Source of the DNA: Dimargaris cristalligena
Lineage: Eukaryota
Length of the DNA: 41,190 bases
Assembly (NCBI GenBank): GCA_003614675.1
Contig: ML002330.1
Location: 1 to 41,190 of the forward strand
Direction: 5' to 3'
Under the pieces are notes generated by a model. That model had not been told where the DNA came from. It ran no database searches and saw nothing but the letters and a program-made list of their open reading frames with translations. Position numbers and translations under genes: made by a program. Of this stretch, positions 1 through 12,532 are shown in pieces. Positions within the stretch are counted from its first letter, which is position 1. Every line of letters starts with the position of its first letter.

Positions 1-457
1 GACCAAGCAGATCCCCATCTTCACCGAACTGGAGCTTAAGTCCCGCTACCACATCATGATGGAGCGTTACGAGAAGGATATGACCGTGGAAGCCAAGACC
101 CTGACCGATATGGTGCGCACCCAAGTGATGCCCGCTGTGTTCGAATACCGCCGGTTGTTGGGTGAATCTGCCATTGCCCTTAAGGCCGTCTCTGTGGAGC
201 CCGCTTCCGAGGTTGAGCTGCTGGAGCGTATGAATGTCCTGCTCGCCTCTCTGCGCAAGGATCTGGAGCGCCTCGAGGCCGCTATTGAACACATGGAAGC
301 CAGCGCCCACGACCAATTGGCTAGCGCCTTCATCGCCCACGATGAAGTGTACCCTCTGATGGACGTGGTCCGGACTAGCGTGGACAGTCTTGAAGAAATT
401 GTTGGTGACAAGTTCTGGACCCTGCCCAAGTACACCGAACTCCTCCTGACCATCTAA
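1..457 (+). CDS. Glutamine synthetase type III (GlnN-like), C-terminal part; 5' end outside window
   Basis: Open frame from base 2: IFTELELKSRYHIMMERYEKDMTVEAKTLTDMVRTQVMPAV...VRTSVDSLEEIVGDKFWTLPKYTELLLTI*. This matches the GSIII C-terminal pattern (ELxSRY..., IEA...M....lPA, D.LE..V....W.LP.Y.ELL). Strong C/G-ending codon bias; AATAAA at ~754. Confidence 0.85.
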   Translation, partial: TKQIPIFTELELKSRYHIMMERYEKDMTVEAKTLTDMVRTQVMPAVFEYRRLLGESAIALKAVSVEPASEVELLERMNVLLASLRKDLERLEAAIEHMEASAHDQLASAFIAHDEVYPLMDVVRTSVDSLEEIVGDKFWTLPKYTELLLTI

Positions 458-1308
458 ACGGGTTATTGGAAGCGATTCTGTTTTTTTTTTACAGTGTGGT
501 TATTGGTACCGTGTAGCTTAACTCACCCGGTAGGATTACCTGCCCTTTTCTTCGACAACATCAATGAACTAGCCACCACAACCACCAGGCAGTCATTATC
601 TATCCATCATCCATGTTTTTATTAGTACCCCCCCTCTTTTCTACCTTGCTTATTCGCATTACTGGCTATTTCACGGTACTGGTCTTCCAGTGTGCCATCC
701 CTTGGGGCTTCAAAAATTGGTCGAAATAGCCGTGAGTTTACTGCCGTTCTTTCAATAAATACGTTATTCCTTACATATATCTAGTTTATCCGGTCGGGGC
801 TGTGCTAAACGAGCGGTGCCTCTTTTGAGTAGCGGATGTGGGCTGCTTCGGCATATATCGTCTGGCAGGTGATTAGGAATCAATAGTGCTGTAGGATAGC
901 ATTAGAAGGCCGCGGGTTACATATAATAATAATTTAATTGATTAATTGGGCTGTAATGCATGGTGACCAGCACTGGCCATTATAACACACCAGGTCGCCC
1001 TCAGTGGGTTTTATGGGCTAGACATCGTAGATGGAGTGTTGTGCCGCTCTATCTTAGAGTAATATAAAATTGGATTGGATTGTTTATTGGATTTTGGTCA
1101 TGTCATTGATTAAGGGGAAGAACAGTGGTGAACAGTAGTGGGCATAGAGTGTGAATAGACACGCGTGAGAGAGAGAGAGATAATGTGTGTGTTGTATAGC
1201 TAGGAAAAGGCGATGATTATAGTGCACGAAGACAAGTTAAGAGGCTGTAGATTACATAAAGGAGATAATTGGGAGATGAGCAGAGAGGGAAGGGGAGGGC
1301 GAATATGA

Positions 1309-3330
1309 TTATCGAGAGGCATGGCGAGCACGGGGTCGCGTAGGAAGGGTGTCGCCCATATCCACCTCATTAGGGAAAGAAGGGGAAAGCGAGGGTTCAA
1401 GCAGGGGGTAGTTGGCGATTACCCGGGTTTCGGTGAGAGAGTTCCGGCGGGGGATGGACGAGGTGGATTCCGAGTGAACCGAGGGGGGGTGGTTCAAGGT
1501 AGGAGAAGAGGAAGGTGGTTGCAGTTGGGTTGTGGTGGTGGGGGACGCGCTATACGGGCGACTTACAGGACCCGTGTGGAGCACTTCGGAATGGTGACAG
1601 ACGTCGGAGGACAGGTCGTGGGGGTGCAGATGCCAGTCCTGGGGGGCGACGGTTAAACTCGTCCGGGGGGACGAGCGGGCCGAATCGGCCAGGACTCCTT
1701 CATTGCTGACGTGGATGTCGGTGATATCGACAGCTTGACCGTCGTTGGAATTCATGGACGAACGACGGCTGCTGACCAGGGTATCGGTATCGGAGTCACC
1801 ACCACCACTGCCAAGATGGTTGTGGTGTTGGGCCAGTAGTAGTGCCTCGTCCATCCCGGCGGCCTCCACCAAACGGGTGGAATGTAAGGCTTCGGCGTAT
1901 TTAGGCGGAGGCAGCAGGGTACCTTCCAAAGGGCCCAGGCCCCACTTCTTTACGTTGGCCTCGATGAATACGAAACCGGCCTGACCCAGATTGACGCTAA
2001 CCTGGCAGGGACCGTTCGCTGAGACGGCGGGGAAAAACGTCCGACACACGTTGGTCAAATAGGTCGACAAGCGGTACCCGTTGCGGGTAAAAAAGACGGT
2101 CCCCTGGTTGGGTTGGTACCCGCACCCAATCACGTCCCCTTCGAAACAGGGTTCACCGCAGAGGATAGGGCGGTGGGGGGAGTTTTGGAACAAGGACCCG
2201 GTGGAGGTATGGAGACCGATGGAATGGTTGTTATAACCACAGAGCCGCCAATTGGGGAACGGTTTAGTGACCAAGCCAATCGCGACGGTAGTGTTGGTGG
2301 GGTCGGGTAGGGCCATGAGTTTGACTTCAAAATAGTACACGGGGGCGTCGGTGGGTAAAGGCAAGTTGGTATGGACCAGACAGTCTTGGTGCCCAGAAGG
2401 CATTGGCAGGGTGCGTTTGGGATCCTCCGGGTCGGTCGGGGCGAGGAATTCAATCTCGGTGCGGGTGGTGATGCGTACTAAACGGTCGAGGCCAGGGGGG
2501 GCTAATTCGGCGCCGGGTTGGCCCGGTCGCACCGCGGGGGGGAGAAACTCCCAGGCCTTGACGCCGTACTCTTCAATGTACACGCGCTGGTCTTGGGTAA
2601 TGCGAGTAGGGATCGAATTGTAAGGGTAGAGGGATTCGAACAGACGGGCCTGTTCAGCCTGGCGGCGTTCCCGGGCGGCGGCCCAGTCCGGGGTATTGGT
2701 AGTGGTAGTAGTAGGGATGGAGGAGACATTGGAGGGTAGCCCATGCATGGTTTTATTCAAGTGGATGGGCGGTGAAGCCTCTCCCCCGCCTAACCGACAG
2801 CTGCCGGGTGGGGTCAGGGGTAACCGACCACTACTAGTTTCGGTAGCTGTGGCGGTGATGGGACTACGGTAACCATGCACGTGGCTCATAAGGGCCACTT
2901 GTGTGGGTTGGTCACTACTGCCATCCGTAAACACGGGCAACCGGGGGTTGAGGAGGAGCTGTCGGCGTTGCTGCTGCTGCTGCTGCTGTTCCTCCTGGTT
3001 TTGGGCCAGCTGCCAGCGACGGCGACGGTAGTGCAGGCACATTTTAATGACCGCAAAGGTAATGAACATGGTGAAGAAAATACCCAGCCCGCTGAGTACG
3101 TAGAAGCCTCGGCTCCGACGGTGGTGGTTGTTGTTGTGAAGCTGATTGTCGTTGGTGGTGGACGGGACTTGGTCAGTGCGCATGATAGGAGGGAGGAGGG
3201 GTGGTAGCGAAGGGAAGATTGCCTTGGGGGGTATGCTCTCGGTGCTGGCGGTCCGCGAATCTCTCGGGGCAGTGGGAAAGGCCAGTGTGGTTGTACAACC
3301 ACTGGCTTCGAAAAGGCAGGTTAAACCCAT
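1309..3330 (-). CDS. SPRY-domain single-pass membrane protein, Ssh4/Ear1-like Rsp5 adaptor
   Basis: 673-aa intronless ORF. One TM segment (GFYVLSGLGIFFTMFITFAVIKMCL) followed by RRRR; SPRY core (VHTNLPLP, YYFEVK, AIGLVTKPFPNWRLCG, GDVIGCGY, VFFTRNG, VNLGQAGFVFIEANVKKWG); PPKY motif after the SPRY domain. The true start may be the downstream Met at 3183. Confidence 0.85.
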   Translation of the reverse strand: MGLTCLFEASGCTTTLAFPTAPRDSRTASTESIPPKAIFPSLPPLLPPIMRTDQVPSTTNDNQLHNNNHHRRSRGFYVLSGLGIFFTMFITFAVIKMCLHYRRRRWQLAQNQEEQQQQQQQRRQLLLNPRLPVFTDGSSDQPTQVALMSHVHGYRSPITATATETSSGRLPLTPPGSCRLGGGEASPPIHLNKTMHGLPSNVSSIPTTTTTNTPDWAAARERRQAEQARLFESLYPYNSIPTRITQDQRVYIEEYGVKAWEFLPPAVRPGQPGAELAPPGLDRLVRITTRTEIEFLAPTDPEDPKRTLPMPSGHQDCLVHTNLPLPTDAPVYYFEVKLMALPDPTNTTVAIGLVTKPFPNWRLCGYNNHSIGLHTSTGSLFQNSPHRPILCGEPCFEGDVIGCGYQPNQGTVFFTRNGYRLSTYLTNVCRTFFPAVSANGPCQVSVNLGQAGFVFIEANVKKWGLGPLEGTLLPPPKYAEALHSTRLVEAAGMDEALLLAQHHNHLGSGGGDSDTDTLVSSRRSSMNSNDGQAVDITDIHVSNEGVLADSARSSPRTSLTVAPQDWHLHPHDLSSDVCHHSEVLHTGPVSRPYSASPTTTTQLQPPSSSPTLNHPPSVHSESTSSIPRRNSLTETRVIANYPLLEPSLSPSFPNEVDMGDTLPTRPRARHASR

Positions 3331-5603
3331 AATTTAGAAATGAAATGAAATGTGATATGTATAATCAATGGTAAATGACGAAGGGATTGTAATGTTGATA
3401 GACGTGTAGCGCAGTAGAAAGGTGGGCTGAAAGAATAGATAGATTGATAGATATATGGCTATAGATGGATTATGAAAACCAATTGGAAATATACGGAGTT
3501 TATGAGAGTAAATGGTAGATGCTAAAGTGGAGACAGTGAGATGCGGCTATGCATTGCCTGAAGTATCTATCAGTGTAATTTTATGGAAATTGGGTTTAAA
3601 AGTTAGTGAAAATGGTCGACCAGAGGAATCTTTTTGGGTGATGAAAAGAGTGCGGATGCAAAAATGTCCAATGCGAGAGAGGTGTCAAGCGAACAAGCGG
3701 GGGAATAGAAGAAAGGGGGTGTGCAGTATGGAAAAGTGTAGAATGGAGAAATGCCTGTAATGGTGGGTAATGCGGGATGCCTTTCTATTTCATGCTCCAA
3801 AAGTCATGGACGTTTAATAGTAGAATACAAAAACAATAAGGGTGCAGAGAATAATAATGCTAATGGCAAAATAATAGGTGAAGAATAGGCGCAAAAGTCA
3901 CTAAAGTCGGCGAGCCGGCCGGCCTATATATATCTTTTAACTAATGAAAATGTCACACACCCAATTCACTACGACAGGGCAATGCGAATGTGTGGGTGTG
4001 GGGGGAGGGGTGTTTTTTTTTGGCAGCGGGGCACTGCGAAGGACACGGGCCAAACGAGGGGAGCAGTGGGACGAGACGAGGATTGGCCATCGGTGGAACG
4101 AACGGGCGGATGAAATACAAAGTGGTACCCAGATCCTAAGGACTCGGTCACAATAAACACAAGGGCGAATATTAAAATAATAGTAATGGAGGTAGGCTGG
4201 CGCGACAAGGGATAAAAATAAGCCCTCCTCCTCTTTCCTTCCCTTTCCCCCTCCCTGTTCGATCGACCATCGGCGGGCGGACTCTCGAACGGCAACAATC
4301 GGGGACCCGGTCGACCTTACGAACGGAACAACAATCGGGGCCCCGACTTGACATTATATAGTGGGGCCAGGGGGGACAATGACTCCTCCCCTCTTTTTAC
4401 TACTCTCCCTTCTCCTTTCCTATTTCCTCTCGCTATCGCCAATATATACGGTGCCTTTGTCTTGTTTTTATATTTATTCGTTGCTTCCTCTCTCGCTCTT
4501 TGTTGAGCTCCTCTTCTCTCTCCCCTCCTGTTTCCTCCCCCCTTTCCCTTGCCTCCGTCTCTCTCTCCCTCTAGTCCACTATCTCGTATCCCGAGGCCCC
4601 GAGTGATGCGATAGTCCCCTCGTCCCCACACTTTTTATATATGCCCACGGCCATTGTGGATCTTCCTTTGATATCCCCCTGCGGGTTCAATCCCCTCTTT
4701 TCCCCCCTTCTCCCTTTCCTTCACCGCCACGCTACCTCCCTATAGGGTTTTTAAGCGATTCCAATTTTTAGTGGAAAATGAGTTGTCCAGTTGAAGTCGA
4801 CCCAGCCATGTATTACAAGGTTATGGGTGTGAGGAAGAGGAAGGTGTCTCAAGGTAGCCTCGACCCGTCTTCCCTACCTCCTCTCCCTTCTAACCATAGT
4901 CGGGGTTAAGCCTGGGACTTCTCTGCCAGGTGCACAAAAGTAGAGTCACAGAGAGGGGCGACTGTCAACCGCCCGCCAACCGGGAATATTTGCGTTTCTC
5001 GTATGGTGTCTCTATTGAAATGATAGCACCTGCTCACGCGATACCATTTAAAGGCACTAGGGGCCTGCTTGTACCCGATCCTGCGGCAGTATCGCTCGTA
5101 TTTATCGCCGAATCAAGAGACATCCCTTACTCTCTCAATACTGTCCGTCTATATTTATTTACACTGATCCTACCAAGTGCCCTGTAGGCGTGGCATTTCA
5201 TAGTTAGACTAATCTAATCCCCCCAAATGCGAGATGCTGTACACCCTTTATTCCATTCAACCCATGAGGTCCTACCCTCCATGCCCATTCACATGCATCT
5301 CAAACACTTGCCAAAAATAGGTATTAAGTTTCAAAACTCGGTGGGATATCTTATAATATAACTGGTTTATAGTGATATTTGGGAATATTTTAAAAAAACT
5401 TATACCTATACTTAAAAAAATCCTACTACATTTTAAAAATCGTTCTATAACTGCACGCTATCACTATAGGGACGGTATCCGACTAGTGCTATAGGTTTGG
5501 CAGAATATACCCCGTAAAAGGCCGGGCGCACCGTATCAGATGAACTAATCCTACTGGGGTTAGGCCTTGTCGAAATGAGAGGATATACCAACCATTTCCT
5601 ACT

Positions 5604-6196
5604 CTAATTTCTACCATTGCGCATATTCAAATTGGGGCAATCGACTGACTCGAATTTTCCGGAGGGTGCCTGGAAGGCAGTGAGCCGACCCCCACTCACG
5701 CAGTTCGTATCGATACCAAAACTGTATCTAGATTCGGTAATCGTTTTCTTTCCGTCATGCCCGTATATCACTGTGACCCCATCACTATCCGCCTGGTTCA
5801 CTTGCGCGTGGCTAGCCTCCCATTCGTTCTGCCAATTCCGGTGGCTCGGGGTTTTTCTTTTGGGGTTGTTGAGGTTGGGCAACCAAGGTATATACATGGC
5901 AAAATCAGGGTCTTGTTCATGAATGGGGAGTCTGTAATCTATAGCAGCGTGGACGGCCACGTACGAACCATGCTCAGTAGGTAGCTGCAGGACCAAGGGA
6001 CAGGATTCCAAGTATGTCCATTCTTTTTCGGTTATTGACCTGGTGTCATGAATATAATTATAATATAATTTCAATGGTCAGCGTTGTGAGTTACTATGGT
6101 CATAGTTATGGGAGGTGTGTAGTCTATCCGTAATATTAAAATATAGCAGGGGTTATCCATATTTAAAAGAAAAGATCCCTAAGCAATAGTTCCTCT

Positions 6197-6234
<38 letters not shown>

Positions 6235-6944
6235 CAGAGTGTTGGTATATATCACATTTTTACTTACCGCTCCAATTGATAAATCAAGCCTGGCGACTTA
6301 AGATTGATTTCTCCTTTCCTACGTTTCTCACGAATCTGAAACAGGATATCTTCGTGGTTTCCCCGCACGCAGTGGGCTTTATATTCCTTGGCCAAGGCCA
6401 ACACCTCGTGTGACTTGGGGCCCTTGTTAACCATATCGCCCAAAAGTATAAGGCGGTTTTCCAGAGGATTGAAATTGAGTTCATCCAGTTATACCTGCAA
6501 GGGATCGGCCATACCATGCACATCGCCTATAAAAATGTAACGTGCAACCATGGGTTCCTAGGGGAGTCTCTGGTAAAGTTGAACGGATTGGCCCCAGTGT
6601 GCTAGGACACGACCTTCCGGCGGAGTCAAGGCCGGGTCAAGCGCACTGGCAATGGCCAGGTGCTGGGGCACCTTTTTGGCTTTGGAGGCAATCGTCTCCC
6701 AGCCATCATTATCGTCGCCAGTGGTACCGGTATTAGTTGGATTCCAGTCGATATCCCTCTAACCATCCGAGTCCGGGGAGCCGGATTCGTCGTCGGTGTC
6801 GCCCATGGATAAAGCGGCAAAACTATTCATGGGAATACTCGGCACGTTGGCTCTCTTTACACCGTAGGTGGGTGGCAAGGCGCTCACTGAAATAGACGAC
6901 CAGGCCAATGCGGCAGCCAAAACGGAGAGTCGGACGGTGTACAT
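5604..6944 (-). pseudogene. Signal-peptide calcineurin-like metallophosphoesterase (Ppn2/YNL217W / ApaH-like) with three in-frame stops
   Basis: One frame from ATG 6944 (MYTVRLSVLAAALAWSSISVSA, signal-like) through RYIFIGDVHG, LILLGDMVNKGP and VRGNHED. Intron 6267-6040 (GTAAGT...CAG). Exon 2 has VAVHAA, VIYGHD and GIDTNCVSGGRLTA. In-frame TAG at 6759-6761, TAG at 6558-6560 and TAA at 6489-6491. Confidence 0.75.
6197..6234. repeat. Compound (TA)n(GA)n microsatellite inside the phosphoesterase intron
   Basis: tatatatatatatatata followed by gagagagagagagagagaga. Confidence 0.9.
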
Positions 6945-8846
6945 GGTTAATGTGTTGCTGTAAGGGATAGTTATAGGGGGAGGAAAATACGTGAAATACC
7001 GGGAGATTGGCCAATCGTATAGGCTAATGCCAAGAAGACGGGTCCGTGGGACGTGTGATTAGAAAAAAAAACGGCGGAGCGTTAGGGTACCCTTCAATGA
7101 TCGGTATATTAAAGTGGCCTGGAATAGGGGGGGAGGGATGGGCTTGGAGTTAGGGAATATAGGCAGGGAAGTGAGGGCGGTGGCGGATAGCGAGCCTTTT
7201 TATAATGCGTGGTCTCAAAATATAATTGGTGAGTTGGCCCACTGTGGTAGACATGGTACAGATGGGTTCCCTCAACAAGGCCATGGCTACATCTTTGGCC
7301 AATACCACTGGGTTGGTGGCACATTGTAATACATTTCCCCCTCACCCCCTTTTTGTGAGTAACGACGAGAGTGCCCAAGTCATTAATGGGATAATGAATG
7401 CATCGTGCAGCTAAACCACTGGATATTGGGTTTGGCGGGATATTCACGTCCTCCGGTAGTTTCGTTTTCCTGGCCAAATCTTATGTTAGGATGTCCTCTT
7501 AATTGTTTTGCGGAATAGGCCAGGATAATCAACCGAAATACATTGGTCATAGCCGGGTATGGAACAGACAGGGGTTTCAAAGTAATAATGCAGCTCCGAG
7601 GCATAGACATAGGGTCGACAAGTTATTTAAACCATGCTTTCGAAATACGGACACCCCCTCCTCCTCGTCGAAAGATAAGTCGTCCAATTCCGAATAAAAG
7701 GACGGTCCAATTAGATTGAGTCTGACATTCATTTTTATTGGCAGTAGTAACCTAGTAGGACATGCAGATAATTTATTTTAGCTAGACTGTGGGCCCCAGG
7801 GAAGAATATACAGAATTGCGTACGTATAGTTTTGAACTAACGGTAGTGTAGAGTAGAAGGTTTAAGGGCCCCCTCCCATAAAAGGTATGTGGTACGGAAT
7901 TATACCTTCGGTGTATGTGCCTACAAAATACGGAGGGTATAGCCGCGAATCACATCCATTGAAGCGAACGTTGGTGAGGGTGGGCTTCGTCCCAGTTAGT
8001 TGATGTCGTCGGATTAGTAGTGGTGAAGCTTACGGCCGGCCGGAGGGATGTCGAGCAGGTATAGCGACAAAAATTGTGGCGTGTGTGTGGGGGGGGGGAG
8101 GTACACTTAGCTGGCCTAAACTCAGAGGGACTAATTGGCCATGGCGTAGGTTGAAGCTAAGCTTCAATATCGAGAAATAGAGAGGGTCGGGGGTAATGGA
8201 ATTTTCAATCCCGAGGGATAGTAGTGGTATTTTGCACCAAATGGTTACATGGTATCCCTATAAATAAGACCAATGAACTTTAGAGTACTGGCCCCGCCGA
8301 CAGGTGTGTTATATTGCGCTTATCTGTTGCCGCCTGGCTCTCGTCCCCATGGTATCCGTATGATATACGGGGGTTTGCGGCCACTTGTGCCCCCTCCACA
8401 GTAAAGGGTGGTGACGACATAATTGTTGCACTTGCCCCGGGACAGTCAATATAGTGCGCCTAGGGTTTGATTAGTAATGAATGCTGGGAAAAGGGGAAAG
8501 TTATCTGATGGGGGAACTAAATCAAGCCAATGGAAACCACGCCCAGCGTGTTCCCTTCTAAGCATATTATGCGAGGGAAGGGGTTATTTGCCACTTACTT
8601 CTCTTACTTTCTCTCTTTCGGCTACTACTCCCCCTCCCTACCAGTCCCCACTATATTCTTTAATATTTTGTTCCCCCCATTTGTTTCTTTCAGTTCTGTA
8701 TCCGGCCTTGGCTTTTCTGTTTACCGCATCTAGCCCTTAGCCCCGTTGCATTGCGCTATCCCCCTTTCGTTTTCCCCTTCACGTCTGTCCATTATCCCCA
8801 TTACTCGTTTGTTTGTTCGTTTATCCTAGCTTCCATATTACCAACC

Positions 8847-10012
8847 ATGTCCGACGGTGCCGACGCCCTTATCGAGCGGCTCAAGACCGTTAAACACATT
8901 TGGCTCGTTCTCTCGGGTAAAGGTGGGGTAGGCAAGTCCTCCGTCAGTACTCAGTTGGCCCTCTCCCTTTACAATGCCGGCCAGCGCGTGGGGATTCTGG
9001 ACATTGACCTGTGCGGCCCTAGTATTCCCCGCATGCTCGGGGTCGAAAACCAACCGGTACGCCAGGCCTCCTCCGGCTGGGTACCCGTGTACGTCGACCA
9101 GTCCGAACAACGCCTGTGTTGCATGTCCATTGCGTTTTTGCTCGCGAATAAGGACGACTCGGTCGTGTGGCGGGGTCCCAAGAAAAGCGCCATGATTAAA
9201 CAGTTCTTGTCCGACGTTATGTGGGGCGACCTCGACTACCTCATTATTGATACACCACCGGGTAAGTCAATGTTTATTTATTCGGTGCTCGTTGGGAGGG
9301 GTGGGTTATTGGTATTGGTAAGCCTCGTGAGTCAAAACTACCAGCCCCATTTAACCCGCCCCGGTTCTCCCCACCCGGCTTTTCATTAATTTACGCGATA
9401 TCAGCCGACCTTTCCCGTTATTTGCACCCACTCACCCCTCGCATTCCCCCTATTCCTTTATATTCCAAACTACCTTTAGGCACATCCGACGAACATATCT
9501 CCATTGTCGAATTCCTTCGGGCCGTCAACCCCGACGGTGCGGTCCTCGTCACCACCCCCCAGAATGTGGCCTTGGCTGATGTCCGCAAAGAACTCAACTT
9601 CTGCCGCAAAGTACGCCTGCCCATCCTGGGAGTCATTGAAAACATGAGTGGGTACATTTGTCCACACTGTGCCGACTGCACCAACGTATTCTCGTCGGGC
9701 GGTGGCGAAAAAATGGCCGAGGAATTTAACATTCCTTTCCTGGGTCGGGTGCCCATTGATCCTAGTCTTACCCTAATGCTCGAAGCGGGCCAAGCCAATG
9801 ACTTTAACGGCGTGGACGGGGTGACTGAAACAGGCGAACAACAACAACAACAACATTCGTCACCGAATAAGGGACCGGAACGGGAGGCATCTCCTCCTCC
9901 TCTCCCCCAGGTGCCTTCGCTACCCGAGCGGTTCTTGAAATCACAATTAGCACCCGTCTTCGCCGAAATTACACAAAAACTTATTGCCCAGCAACCGAAA
10001 TCATCTGACTAA
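8847..10012 (+). CDS. CFD1: Cytosolic Fe-S cluster assembly factor CFD1/NUBP2 (2 exons: 8847-9261, 9480-10012)
   Basis: [11 protein letters not shown] deviant Walker [19 protein letters not shown], spliced DTPPG|TSDEH across a GTAAGT...TAG intron, [16 protein letters not shown]. It lacks the N-terminal Cys cluster of Nbp35. Confidence 0.92.
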
Positions 10013-11820
10013 ACTGCGGAGCTGGCTACTTTTTTTTTTTAGATAACAAAAATAGGTTTTTACATGTATCCACCATCACCAAAACATTATCCACACTCCA
10101 CTTGAATTTTGGGCCTACTTTATATTCGCTATACCTACATCCTAAACAATGAAAAGTTTATCACTGTAATCCTTCACTTGCATTGCCCTCGTATCCCCAT
10201 AGCAGTGTTTATTCCTTTTGAGTATCTTGTCTTGGGTTTAGAGATTCTGACAAATAAAGTGGAGCGCGCTGTTAGTTTAGTAAAGACCTTGTCTAATAAT
10301 TGGATTGTACCCTTCGGTAATTTAGAAAGACCAGTTAGTTAGACACGGTGGATGCGTCTATTTAATGGCCAATCATCTCCATGTATTAGGGGAGGTGGGC
10401 AATAGAGCTACATTATGCGCTCAAAGCAAATATTATTGACATTGATGGTAGATGCCAACCCAAAACTATTCCCAAATGTATCCCCTATTCCGGTTATACG
10501 ACGCCTGGGGTACAACTAGAGTTGAGTTTCCAATAGTGAGTGGTAGGTATTTGTATTTTAAAGCCTAAATATCGTATTGATGAACGGCTAGACTGGGCTG
10601 AGGTTGTTTTAAATGCCTTTCTGAACCTCATACAGTTCCCCAACTGGAGTTGAATTTGGCGTTCCTATTAATTGCATTAATCCACCAAGATTTACCGATA
10701 CCCACAATCATAACTATTGTAAGCACACATTAGTTGGTCTGTCCCCTCTCCATTTTTAAATAATAATCCAACTCCTCGAATATAGAACTACATTTCCCAT
10801 CCCCCACTTCTGGCTATCTTATTCATTGTTACTAATGTCTCGATTCCCAAAAGTTCTTCTGTTGACCCATTAATTTATAAATAGCCTCTCCCACTTGAGC
10901 CTTATATATCGCCGATATTCCTCTTTTACTAGCTAGGGTCATGATAGGACGACTCAATATTTGGTATAGTAGACTTAGGAATGAGGATGCGGGACTAGGT
11001 TTCCCCTTCAGGATGGTCTGGCGTCTATATAGCGGGCCACCGGCTCACAGGAAGGGAAGGGGTGCTCCACATATCCGAAGGATTGGCCCTAAGAATGATA
11101 AACTACATGCCCGGTGGATACCATCGGAGAATACTAACGAGTGTTGAAGAACACGGAAAATGCCTTTGGAAATAAGGATGATTATTCGGAGAATTAGTAG
11201 TGCTTAAGGATTTATCACTAAATATTCAATAATTTATTTTTCCTTAGTGTAATTTATGTTCATCTTTAATGTATAAAATGGTTACACTGGTGGTATTAGC
11301 CGTTTACATGAACAAACTAATATATTAATAAAATGTGATTGTGCAAAATCCCAGCTATATATCTTGCCTGTGGAAATGTTTGACTACATAGTGCAAAACG
11401 GGGGGAAAACTCACCCCAATGATAAAATTATCTAGTGTTAGTGCCTCTTGAGTATGACAAGGCCACATCCCCCAAGGTAATTAAACCCAGGGACCCCACC
11501 AGATTTGATAGAGGTAGGTTGTCAGCTAAGGTTGCAGATTGAGTCACGCCTAGTCTCTTGATAATAAGTTGTTGAAGAATATATTCCTACATATTCTTTA
11601 TCATGTCCTGTTTCACCCAATTATGTTAGTTTATTCTGCTATTATAAGATCATTTATATTAGCCACTTATGTTTCACCCTATCAAAATTACAGTTCAATA
11701 AAACTAGCCACCTAGAGGCACTTACTGTCCTCTAGCTACTTTTTACCCTTACTTCCAGTTTTATTTTCTTTATATCCTTAGTATTCCAATAACTTTCATC
11801 AGGCAGGGGTAGACCAGTCT

Positions 11821-12532
11821 CCTATAATGTAAATGACCAGTGGCTCAACAAGACTGATGCACAGATGGGAACATTGACCTAGTCAGTATTACAGTATGTG
11901 TAACATGGTTTGTGTGTTGTAAGGAGGTGGAATGGGCTGTTTAGCCACCTGCTTACTCCCAGCTTTGGTCCCAGCTACCATGATACCATGGGCTTCTATG
12001 CTAAATAGTACTTTTATAGTTCTGTGGATAAGCCAAGAGAAGTTTCAGGAGGGGCTGTATTATATCTATTCTTGATTTCAGGCTACGTTAGTGTGCTAGG
12101 TTAAAAACAGTTGGGGTTACAATTGTTATTAGACTGAAGGGTGGTTTATATGGATGTGGGCCACATTTAGAAGGGGTCTATTTTGAAAAATAGTTTTGCT
12201 ATACCTAACCCTATAATGGTAATATCTCTGTATAGGGCTTATAGGAGGGTACCAATAGATGGGTTCCAAGGGTCCAGTGTTTCAATAGAGAGGTGATCTG
12301 GTGACAACCAATGAGCAAACATGCATATTTTGCTTTCAGCAATAGTATAGATTACCCCCATTCCTTCAGCTTTCTTTGCCAGTTCTTTATTTTGATTATA
12401 AATTCCCTCCTGTGTTATTAACAGCAGGATATATCTAAATACCTGTAGTTGTGGTACAGTTAGGGTAATACTATGAGACTTATTTTGATAGTAGCCAATA
12501 GAGTTAACAATATGGGAAAGGTTCAGCCAGAC
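11821..12532 (+). repeat. Dispersed ~700 bp repeat, copy A (CpG-depleted, hypermutated)
   Basis: Colinear with 23511-24260, with shared anchors such as gacctagtc, tttcaggct, aaaaacag, tgtatagggct, gacaaccaa.gagcaaac, ttttgattat, tgtggtacagtt and gagttaacaatatg. Confidence 0.85.

Noticed and set aside
1321-3337. Numerous overlapping and antisense ORFs within the SPRY gene (similarly within TAF6, the PQ-loop gene and CFD1)
   Set aside because: Shadow ORFs expected in GC-rich coding sequence.
4681-4697. tRNA T-arm/B-box-like GGGTTCAATCCC
   Set aside because: Imperfect stem, and no D-arm, anticodon arm or acceptor stem.
5368-5468. 10-bp inverted repeat TATAGTGATA/TATCACTATA around an AT-rich core (MITE-like); adjacent CACTATAGGG resembles the end of a T7 promoter
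   Set aside because: Short, AT-rich and single-copy in the window; the T7 match is only partial, so there is no evidence of vector sequence.
6489-6761. TAA/TAG-to-Gln genetic code reassignment as an explanation for the in-frame stops
   Set aside because: GSIII, the SPRY gene, CFD1, VMA12 and the zinc-finger gene all end at TAA at the expected position, and intact genes contain no internal TAA/TAG.
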